Below are positions 36,690 through 44,664 of a DNA stretch of 64,000 nt, piece by piece (position 1 is the first letter of the stretch; every line of letters starts with the position of its first letter). A model generated the notes under the pieces. It saw nothing but the letters and a program-made list of their open reading frames with translations, made no database searches and was not told where the DNA came from. The position numbers were made by a program, and so were the translations under genes. This stretch comes from Patescibacteria group bacterium (lineage in GTDB: Bacteria > Patescibacteriota > Patescibacteriia > Buchananbacterales > UBA6539): contig JAVEXP010000001.1 of assembly GCA_034003985.1 (NCBI GenBank), positions 236,190-300,189 on the forward strand, read 5' to 3'.

Positions 36690-39458
36690 TTAGATTTCCT
36701 TAGCTTTAATTACTTTTAGGCTGCCGACGGTTTCAACCAGGACGGTATCTCGCCTTTCAATTTTATTGGCTAGTAAATAGTTGGCCAAAGGATCTTGAAT
36801 TTTTTCTTGAATCAGCCTTCTTAATGGTCTGGCACCAAATTGCGGATCAAATCCTTGGCTGGCCAAGTCCGCCAGCGCTGTGGGCGTAATTTCAAGTTTG
36901 ATGCCTTTAGCCTCAAGATTACGCGCTACTTTATTGATCATTAATTGAGCAATTTTTTGAACATCTTCCAGTGACAATGGTTTAAATACAATTACCCCAT
37001 CAAATCGATTAAGAAATTCCGGCCGGAAATATTGGTTTAACTCACGATCCATTAATTGTTGCTTGGTCTGTTCAACACTAGTACCGTTTCTAATTTGTTC
37101 TTGAATGAAGGTTGATGCAGCGTTGGAAGTGGCGATAATAATGGCATTGGTGAAATCGACAGTCCGGCCGTTGTTGTCGGTTAAACGCCCATCTTCCATG
37201 ATTTGGAGAAATATATTAAGGATATCGGGATGAGCTTTTTCGATTTCATCCAACAAAATCAAAGAAAATGGATTTTTTCTTACCGCTTCAGATAAAAAAC
37301 CACCTTCCTCGCCATAGCCAGGAGGTGCGCCAATTAATCGATTGAGACTAGTTTTATCCTGGTATTCGGACATATCTAGTCTGATCATATTTTCCTGATC
37401 ACCAAAATAAACTTCCGCAACGGTTTTAGCCAACTCGGTCTTACCGACACCAGTTGGTCCAAGAAACAACAGATTAACAATCGGCCGGGAGAGGTCGCGC
37501 ATCTCCGCTCTGGCGCGACGCAAAGAAGAGGCAACCATCTCAACTGCTTCCACTTGGTCGACTACTCGCTGGTGGATCTTTTCTTCCAGATTGAGGAGTT
37601 TCTCCGACTCTTCCTTGGTTATTTCAGTCAACGGTATGTTAGTTTTTTGAGAAATTATCGCGGCAACATCATTTTCGTTAACGACACTATTTTTTCCTTT
37701 CTGATTGCGTACCGTCGTGGCGACCTCTTGAAGAACCTCGATCGCCTTTTCCGGAAGAAATCGGTCGTGTAAATAACGATCGGAAAGTAGAACCGTTTGA
37801 GCCACTGCGTCATAAGAAAAATATACTTGGTTTTGGTATTCAAAAGCCCCAACTTTAGATTCAACAATTTGAATCGCTTCGTTTCCGGAAACTTCCTGAA
37901 TTTCAATTTTTTCTAAAACATCATCAAGAGAACTCCGGCCTTCAACATAACGACGATAGTCACCGGGGGTAGAGGTCGCAATTACCAAAATTGTATTGGC
38001 CGCCAAGGTTTTGGCCAGTACATCCGCCAGATCAATACTACCTGGACGGCCGGAAGTAATGCCAACCATATTGTGAATGTCACCAATGTAAAGAACAATA
38101 TTGCCCGATCTTCTAATTTCGTTTAAAGCAAACATTAGTCGTTCCTGGGCTTCAGCCGGCGTAGCGCCGCTTACCAGTTTGGCGACGCTTAGACTGACTA
38201 GCCGTTTATCCTGAAGAAACTCCGGGACATCTTCTTCAACCATTCTTTGGACAATACCTTCAACAATGGTGTTTTTACCAACGCCAGGATTACCTACCAA
38301 AATGACACTGCGGCGAGTACCACCATGCATAATACTAAGAATATCATCAATCTCCTTTTCCCGACCGATACAAGGCATTAGATAACCGGCCTGAGCCAGT
38401 AAGGTCATATCTTGACTGAAAGCGTCCAAAACCGGCGTGGCAATGGCGGTCATGGAACGATTCATGGTACTACTTGGTTTCAAACTGGCCCGTTGGCGAA
38501 ATTTTTGCCAATTGGCTCGGAGTTGTTTTTTGATTCTTAACCAAGCGATGACATTGCTTATTTTATCTGAATCAATATCTAAATCGTACAGCAGCTCTTT
38601 AACATCATTTTCTTGACTCGCCAAAGCTTCTAGGATTTCAGTGACCTCAACTTTTTTCTGTCGCAATTGATATGACAAAAAATAAGATTCAAAAATGATT
38701 TTTTCGGCCAACTCGCCAAAAATTACCGGCATAGTGCCGCCGGCTGGCTGGCGACCAAGAATACTACGAATTTTATTTTTTAAAGTTGTAAACGGTACTC
38801 CCAAGCGGCTAAATATTATTTGAATTTGCTGATCAATCAGTAGTGATATTAACAGATGAATCGGAAAAACCGCCTGGTCTTTATATTTAGCCGCTAATTC
38901 CCAGGAACGATTGACTATTTGTCTGGCTTCGAAAGTAAAATACTTGGCAATGTCAATTTGTTTGCCGCGTGGCAACCGTTTGGCCTGCTCCCAGCTTAGC
39001 TGATCAAAAGCGGTTGGTTTTAATTCGTACGATTTTTTTGGAATATGTCTGATTTTTTCGATATCTCTTTGAAAACGGTAATAAAGGTAGGTATCGGTTA
39101 ATAATGAAAACCAAAAAATAACCAATTGCCAGCTGTGATATCGGTAGAATACCGATATGGGTAAATGGTTAGTGGTATAGATAACCAATTGCCAAACCAA
39201 CATTACCAACCCCAGCGCGCCGAATAAAAACAAAGTTATATTTATTAAGTTTTTTATAAAAAGCACTAATTTATGACGAGCAATGGTTGTAGCGCTGATT
39301 GGCTCACCCCAATAGAGCAATTCTTGTCCGGTCCAGGCCCTTAGAAAAAATCCGTCGCATTGTTCACATTTTTTATCATTAATAATCCCCTGCCCCTGAC
39401 AATCGGGACAAGTTAAAAATTGAAGCCGGGGATGATGATTTTTCGATTCTTGATTCAT
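36690..39458 (-). CDS. Membrane-anchored ClpA/C-like AAA+ ATPase with N-terminal zinc finger
   Basis: CPDCQGQG..CEQCDG, two TM segments, Clp N repeats, degenerate first ring (D1), intact second ring (D2: [25 protein letters not shown]). Confidence 0.85.
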   Translation of the reverse strand: MNQESKNHHPRLQFLTCPDCQGQGIINDKKCEQCDGFFLRAWTGQELLYWGEPISATTIARHKLVLFIKNLINITLFLFGALGLVMLVWQLVIYTTNHLPISVFYRYHSWQLVIFWFSLLTDTYLYYRFQRDIEKIRHIPKKSYELKPTAFDQLSWEQAKRLPRGKQIDIAKYFTFEARQIVNRSWELAAKYKDQAVFPIHLLISLLIDQQIQIIFSRLGVPFTTLKNKIRSILGRQPAGGTMPVIFGELAEKIIFESYFLSYQLRQKKVEVTEILEALASQENDVKELLYDLDIDSDKISNVIAWLRIKKQLRANWQKFRQRASLKPSSTMNRSMTAIATPVLDAFSQDMTLLAQAGYLMPCIGREKEIDDILSIMHGGTRRSVILVGNPGVGKNTIVEGIVQRMVEEDVPEFLQDKRLVSLSVAKLVSGATPAEAQERLMFALNEIRRSGNIVLYIGDIHNMVGITSGRPGSIDLADVLAKTLAANTILVIATSTPGDYRRYVEGRSSLDDVLEKIEIQEVSGNEAIQIVESKVGAFEYQNQVYFSYDAVAQTVLLSDRYLHDRFLPEKAIEVLQEVATTVRNQKGKNSVVNENDVAAIISQKTNIPLTEITKEESEKLLNLEEKIHQRVVDQVEAVEMVASSLRRARAEMRDLSRPIVNLLFLGPTGVGKTELAKTVAEVYFGDQENMIRLDMSEYQDKTSLNRLIGAPPGYGEEGGFLSEAVRKNPFSLILLDEIEKAHPDILNIFLQIMEDGRLTDNNGRTVDFTNAIIIATSNAASTFIQEQIRNGTSVEQTKQQLMDRELNQYFRPEFLNRFDGVIVFKPLSLEDVQKIAQLMINKVARNLEAKGIKLEITPTALADLASQGFDPQFGARPLRRLIQEKIQDPLANYLLANKIERRDTVLVETVGSLKVIKAKEI

Positions 39459-39460
39459 AG

Positions 39461-39838
39461 TCAGCTAATTACCCAACTAAAATTAGCCCAAATTTGATTG
39501 ACGATTAAAATCGGCAGCCCAAGGTAAAATAATAATCCCAGAAAAACAACAATAACCCAAATCGCCAAAATAATTGATCTGACAATTATTTGAACCAATC
39601 GAGCAAAAAAACTTATCAATCTTCCTTCAATATCGTATTGACCAAACATGGGGGTAAAAATATTTTTTATCCAAACGGCAATCCCAAGTCTTTGGCTTTG
39701 ATTTTTGATGGAAAACAAGCAGCCTCTTAAAGTTTTTAATAGCCCTTTAGAATACCACCAAACAGGCCAATATAAAAAATCACCAATCAAGTCCACAATA
39801 ACGAATTTAGCCGGAGAATAAACAATATTTTTTTTCAT
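39461..39838 (-). CDS. Hypothetical membrane protein, first gene of the Clp operon
   Basis: YWPVWWYSKG and IKNIFTPMFGQYD motifs with a long hydrophobic C-terminus; 2 nt from the ATPase start; TGGTATAAT 9 nt upstream of the ATG. Confidence 0.8.
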   Translation of the reverse strand: MKKNIVYSPAKFVIVDLIGDFLYWPVWWYSKGLLKTLRGCLFSIKNQSQRLGIAVWIKNIFTPMFGQYDIEGRLISFFARLVQIIVRSIILAIWVIVVFLGLLFYLGLPILIVNQIWANFSWVIS

Positions 39839-39870
39839 ATTTTATATATTATACCACAAAAGCTCCAAAT

Positions 39871-39903
39871 AAAAAAAGCCGATCCCTCCCGAAGAAAGAT
39901 CGG
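39871..39903 (-). terminator. Terminator after the 41-aa peptide gene
   Basis: CCGATCTTTC-ttcg-GGAGGGATCGG followed by C and seven T. Confidence 0.8.
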
Positions 39904-39905
39904 AC

Positions 39906-40031
39906 CTAGCCGCGCTCAAGTTTGCGCAAGATCTTGCGCAGGAGTCGCAGGATAGGATTTTTGGTGTGCCGGCTGATGCGACGGTACAGATACCGCCGGT
40001 GATTATGATGATGGTGCTGCTGTTGACTCAT
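39906..40031 (-). CDS. 41-aa His/Arg-rich cationic microprotein
   Basis: Not in the ORF track. AAAGGGGGA SD-like site; MSQQQHHHHNHRRYLYRRISRHTKNPILRLLRKILRKLERG*; terminator starts directly after the stop. Confidence 0.65.
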   Translation of the reverse strand: MSQQQHHHHNHRRYLYRRISRHTKNPILRLLRKILRKLERG

Positions 40032-40173
40032 TTGTCCCCCTTTCTGCCGAATCGGCTTCAAGGTTTTGGTTGTGGGTAATGGGGGTCAAATTTTTATCTG
40101 GTTTAAGGATCTCTCTAATTTAAAAAAATGTCAAGTCCGATATCGTAGTTTTAGAAGTGATAAAAAAATATTT

Positions 40174-40241
40174 ATTATATCATTTTGATCAAACCTGTCA
40201 AGTATCCATACTCTTGACAGGTTTGCGACGATTATTAAAAT
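40174..40241. promoter_or_regulatory. Back-to-back divergent promoters sharing a 13-bp inverted repeat
   Basis: CAAACCTGTCAAG (40190-40202) and CTTGACAGGTTTG (40213-40225); each TTGACA has a -10 box 16 nt away (TATAAT on minus, TAAAAT on plus). Confidence 0.7.
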
Positions 40242-40307
40242 GCCCTCATTATTTGGTTACTGAGACCAAATAAAAACAGGGAATAAGAACGAGGAGGAAA
40301 ATCCAAG

Positions 40308-40490
40308 ATGAAGATTAGTGAGAGAGTAATTTGGTTGCTGATCCTGGGGTTGTTTTGTCTGGCGGGTCCAGCGCTGGCAAATCAAGCAGCTGGAGAGGCC
40401 GGTTTCAGTCTGGCTTACTGCGTCATTGTGGCATCTACCTTATTTACTCCGATTGGCCTAAATTATTTGCTTAGTAAGTATAATAACTAA
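40308..40490 (+). CDS. 60-aa secreted/membrane microprotein
   Basis: GAGGAGG SD; signal-like segment ending ALA, then a second hydrophobic segment; terminator at 40519-40549. Confidence 0.65.
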   Translation: MKISERVIWLLILGLFCLAGPALANQAAGEAGFSLAYCVIVASTLFTPIGLNYLLSKYNN

Positions 40491-40518
40491 GCAAAATAGA
40501 GGCCGATGAATGTGGATC

Positions 40519-40549
40519 AGCAACCCGGTGTGCCGTCGGGTTGTTTTTT
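40519..40549 (+). terminator. Terminator after the 60-aa gene
   Basis: CAACCCGG/TCGGGTTG stem followed by six T. Confidence 0.75.
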
Positions 40550-40620
40550 AATTGAGATAAATTATATTTACTAGTTGTTACAAATTTATAATATTTTTAG
40601 CATTGATTGATATTTTTTTA

Positions 40621-41523
40621 TTACCAACAAATTCTGACTTCTTCTTTAATTATTTCTTTTAAATATTCTTTTGTTTCGGCAAGATCGCCAATTTTATCAA
40701 TTAGACCTTTTTCCAATGCCATTTGCCCAAGCATACTGGAACCGTCCGCCAACTTTTTGACCTTTTCAATATCCAATTTTCTGTTTTCAGAAACAGTCTT
40801 AATAAAGTTGTTATATATTATTTCGGTATCTCTAGCCAGAAGCTCTTTTTCTTCGTTGGACAAAGACTTGTTGGGGTTGCCAGTATCTTTAAATTTTCCA
40901 AAGCTAATTTGGTTGTAAGTTAACCCTTCGCTTTGATTTTGGCGGACATTATCTACATACGACATCGTCACTCCAATGCCACCAATGTCAGAATTTTCAG
41001 AGGCAAAAATAATGTCAGCACCGGTAGCCGCCCAGTAGGCGGCGGATACCCCACTTTCTCTGATTAAAACAACGGTTGGCTTTTTAGCTTTTTTTAAAGC
41101 TTCAGCTACTTCCTCAGCGGCTACCGGGTAGCCGCCGTAAGAATCGATTTCAATCAAAATGGCCTTGATATTGTCGTCTTTATCCGCATCGGTAATCCAG
41201 TAGACGATATTTTCCGATGCGGTTTGGTCTTCGAGCGGGCTTCCGTCTTCGTCAAAGTTGTAAGGGGGTATATAAGTTATCAGCTCACCGCGAAGTTCGA
41301 TGCCATAGACATTGCAACTTTCTTCTTCGATATACTCATTAGCCTGATATTCGTTAATTTTTTCCTCATTAAATGAATGGTTTCCAAACTGCCAGGCAAA
41401 TTCATTTTTGATTGTTATAAAAGATGCTGTGATAATCAAAAAAATTGTGATTATTTTTAAAATTTTTAAATCATGATTGCCGTCCCATAGCTTGAAACTA
41501 ATATTTTTTTTGTTTTCAATCAT
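40621..41523 (-). CDS. sppA: Signal peptide peptidase SppA (S49, short type)
   Basis: IDSYGG, SAAYWAA, IGGIGV, GKFKD and GLIDKIG motifs. Confidence 0.9.
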   Translation of the reverse strand: MIENKKNISFKLWDGNHDLKILKIITIFLIITASFITIKNEFAWQFGNHSFNEEKINEYQANEYIEEESCNVYGIELRGELITYIPPYNFDEDGSPLEDQTASENIVYWITDADKDDNIKAILIEIDSYGGYPVAAEEVAEALKKAKKPTVVLIRESGVSAAYWAATGADIIFASENSDIGGIGVTMSYVDNVRQNQSEGLTYNQISFGKFKDTGNPNKSLSNEEKELLARDTEIIYNNFIKTVSENRKLDIEKVKKLADGSSMLGQMALEKGLIDKIGDLAETKEYLKEIIKEEVRICW

Positions 41524-41601
41524 ATATTTTTTATTTATTTTTAAAAAAATTTTAGCTGACTGCTCGGAAATTATACCAAGTCATATTATGTTAGTTTGTC
41601 G

Positions 41602-42750
41602 CTATAATTTACCTGTTTTGATTTGCTGGCGGATTTCTTTCATTAATCTCAAATAAAAATCAAGGTTATTCAGGGTTGCCAGCCGCATTGCCAATGGTTC
41701 ATTGGTAGCAAATAAATGGTGCAAATAGGCCTTTGAATATTGTTTTAGATTGGTATTATTGATTGGCAAAAAGTCAGCGCGGTATTTGGCGTTAGTAATG
41801 TTGATGGTTTTATACCAATTATTATTACGACCCCGAACAAAGTGAGGGAAAAGCAATTTAGATTGCTTCGTCGGTCGCCTACGGCTCCCTCCGCGCAATG
41901 ACAATTCAGAAGACCAAAGGTAAAGTCTGCCATGTCTTGCTTCGCGGGTGGGAATAACGCAGTCAAACATATCAATTCCTAACCTAACAGCTTGGATGAT
42001 TTCTTCCGGCCGGCCTAAACCCATTAGGTAGTGAGGTTTATTTAATGGTAAAATTGGTACTACCCAGTTTAAAATATCTTTCATTTTTTCCCGCGGTTCT
42101 CCGACAGCTACGCCGCCGACAGCATAACCGTCAAAATCAAGATCCGTCAAATCCTTAGCTGATCTGAGTCGCAGATCTTTATAAGTGCCACCTTGGACTA
42201 TACCAAAAAGCATCTGCTTTTTTAAAATGTGAGATTTTTTACAACGACTCGCCCAACGCGTAGTTCGTTCCATTGATTCCTTAATCTGACTTTTTTTAGC
42301 CGGATAGCCGATAACATCATCAAAGGCCATGGCAATATCTACTCCCAAGTCCTGCTGTATGGACATAGAATTTTCCGGGGTCAAAAGATATTTTTTACCG
42401 CTTGCTGGGTCGCTAAAGGTAACGCCTTCTTCGGTAATTTTTCTAAGCCTGGCCAAGGAAAAGACTTGAAAGCCACCGGAATCGGTTAGAATCGGCCCAG
42501 ACCAATTCATAAATTTAGCCAGTCCCCCATTTTCTTTGATTAGTTTTTCGCCAGGCGTCAACATCAGATGGTAGGTATTAGAAAGGATAATTTGGGCTCC
42601 CAAAACTTTTAACTCTTCGGGGTTTAAATTTTTAACTGCAGCTTTGGTGGCAATCGGCATAAAAAACGGACCCATGATTTCTCCATGAGCCGTTTTTAGC
42701 CTTGTTAATCTGGCCTTAGACTTAGATGACTGCTTTAAAATTTTAAACAT
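41602..42750 (-). CDS. tgt: tRNA-guanine transglycosylase
   Basis: ILSNTYHL, LTDSGGFQVFSL, FGIVQGG, YLMGLG and DMFDCVIPTR motifs. Confidence 0.95.
   Translation of the reverse strand: MFKILKQSSKSKARLTRLKTAHGEIMGPFFMPIATKAAVKNLNPEELKVLGAQIILSNTYHLMLTPGEKLIKENGGLAKFMNWSGPILTDSGGFQVFSLARLRKITEEGVTFSDPASGKKYLLTPENSMSIQQDLGVDIAMAFDDVIGYPAKKSQIKESMERTTRWASRCKKSHILKKQMLFGIVQGGTYKDLRLRSAKDLTDLDFDGYAVGGVAVGEPREKMKDILNWVVPILPLNKPHYLMGLGRPEEIIQAVRLGIDMFDCVIPTREARHGRLYLWSSELSLRGGSRRRPTKQSKLLFPHFVRGRNNNWYKTINITNAKYRADFLPINNTNLKQYSKAYLHHLFATNEPLAMRLATLNNLDFYLRLMKEIRQQIKTGKL
41821..41903 (-). repeat. Decayed REP/RPE-like palindromic element inserted in frame in tgt
   Basis: TGTCATTGCG...CGACGAAGCAATCT-AAATTGCTT...GTCGTAATAAT; GC-rich patch encoding LSLRGGSRRRPTKQSKLLFPHFVRGRNN. 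Confidence 0.7.
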
Positions 42751-42752
42751 TT

Positions 42753-44660
42753 CTATTCAGTAATATCAATAACTAACCCCTTACCACCGGCAATCGGATC
42801 ATCTTCAAGATTGGAAGTCACGGCCTTGCCATTACGGTTAACCGATGATTCAGTGGTCTGGTCAGTGGCAGTTAAGGTGGTCTGGTCAGTTAAAATAATT
42901 AGTTTTCTGACCTGTTGAGCGGTTGGAGTCACCGAAATATCAAACCAGACATTGTGATCGTCAAAAGTCTGGTTGGTATTAATATTATCAATTGACCAGA
43001 CAACCGAGCGGTCAGCTGAACTGTAGCTAATGCTACCACCTTGAACCAAATATTTGTTTTCCCACTCAACACCATCGGGCAAAATAGTTTTTACCTTAAT
43101 ATTCGATACCGGGTGAAGACTGTTAGCAATTGACCAGTAGATTCGGAAAGAAGTTTTTTGACCGACGACCGGCGGTAGCGGGCCGGTACCAACCGCAATA
43201 TTGTCATCGTTGAAATATCGACCCTCTACCGCCAATTCCAAATCAGTGTTGATATTATTTTCAATTTCACCGCTTTCAATATTTAAATCATCAACCGCCA
43301 GCTCGCCGATTTTTTCCAAAGTTACCCGCGCCTGACTTTTGACGGTTAATTGAGTATTTTGAATATCAATTGATCCAGCATTTTTGATTTGGATAGCAAT
43401 ATCAATAGTGCCTTCATCGAGCGGGCGAAGTAATGCCAATCCGGAGATTTCATCTTTACTCCAAGTCAAACGCTGATTATCGCGCTGACCCTTATTTTTA
43501 TCTTCCAGAGTATCAAAGTCCAAAATTTCAGAATCCAAATCAAGACTAACAACAACATTATTCAAATCACTTTGACCGAGATTTTTGTAAACAATTGAAT
43601 AAGTCAAAGTCTGTCCAAAATTAATCGGCTGATCTTGAGTTGAACCATTAATAATAAGATTTAAGCTCAAGCCCGGATCGACAACTTCAGTAGTAAAGAT
43701 TTTTTCTTGTTGCAAGGAGAATTCTTCAGTTTCGGAATCCAAAAAGCCAAGCTCTACTTTTAAATCCGCCTTGATCATTTCTTGATTTTTTAAATAACCA
43801 CCGCTGATTTCGATTTCACCTTCCTGATTACTCTCTAGATTTTCAATTATCCATTGATTATGAAGATTACGGGCATCTTCTTCTCGGGAAAAAGCCGGCG
43901 GCGCAGACTCCTGGAAAACGAAATTGGCCGGATAAGTTACCTGGATTTTGATTTTTTTCAAAGCTTGCGCTGAATTATTGCGATAATTTATTTTATAGCT
44001 GACTTTTTTTTCCGGCAAGATTTTTTCCGGACCCTCAACCTTAAGCTCTAAAATCGATGAAGTAATCTGACTGCTAAAAGATTCAGTTTCTTTAAACACT
44101 GAACTGAAATTTTCCGGCCGGAAAGAAACCGTAGCATTTAAATTTTTTAATGATCCGACTTCGCCAATTAATTTTCCAGTGATTTCAATTTTTCCGGATT
44201 CTCCTTTGGCCAGTTCCCCGATGTCCCACGAGGTATTGAAGCCGTTGGTTGGCGCTGGATTGGCGGAGATAAACTCAAATCCATCAGGATAACGAAGTAT
44301 TATTTGGACATCATGAAGGACGACTTTTTCATTATTATGGTACTCCAAAGTATAAACCACTTCGTCGCCTGAAGCAATATTTTGTTGCCCTTTAATTTTT
44401 AAATCAATTGTTCTGTCGTTAAGATTTTGGTTGGGGTTTATCAAAATATACCCCAACCAACTTAAAGCCGCCAAAAAACCCAGCAAGAGCATCGTTCCGA
44501 CTAGAATAATTTTCCACCTGGCTCGCCTTTTTATTTCCAAATGCGAAATATCGGGCAAGCTTCCATCGCTATTGCTATAGATTTTCATTAATCCTTTTTG
44601 GACGGCAGAGTCATCGTTTTTCGCTTGGCGCCTATATTTATTCAATTGATCTTGTTGCAT
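42753..44660 (-). CDS. Membrane-anchored protein with repeated Ig-like (DUF11-like) beta domains
   Basis: One TM segment followed by repeats such as SGDEVVYTLEYHN..YPDGFEFISANP and GQTLTYSIVYKNLG. Confidence 0.7.
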   Translation of the reverse strand: MQQDQLNKYRRQAKNDDSAVQKGLMKIYSNSDGSLPDISHLEIKRRARWKIILVGTMLLLGFLAALSWLGYILINPNQNLNDRTIDLKIKGQQNIASGDEVVYTLEYHNNEKVVLHDVQIILRYPDGFEFISANPAPTNGFNTSWDIGELAKGESGKIEITGKLIGEVGSLKNLNATVSFRPENFSSVFKETESFSSQITSSILELKVEGPEKILPEKKVSYKINYRNNSAQALKKIKIQVTYPANFVFQESAPPAFSREEDARNLHNQWIIENLESNQEGEIEISGGYLKNQEMIKADLKVELGFLDSETEEFSLQQEKIFTTEVVDPGLSLNLIINGSTQDQPINFGQTLTYSIVYKNLGQSDLNNVVVSLDLDSEILDFDTLEDKNKGQRDNQRLTWSKDEISGLALLRPLDEGTIDIAIQIKNAGSIDIQNTQLTVKSQARVTLEKIGELAVDDLNIESGEIENNINTDLELAVEGRYFNDDNIAVGTGPLPPVVGQKTSFRIYWSIANSLHPVSNIKVKTILPDGVEWENKYLVQGGSISYSSADRSVVWSIDNINTNQTFDDHNVWFDISVTPTAQQVRKLIILTDQTTLTATDQTTESSVNRNGKAVTSNLEDDPIAGGKGLVIDITE

Positions 44661-44664
44661 AAAT

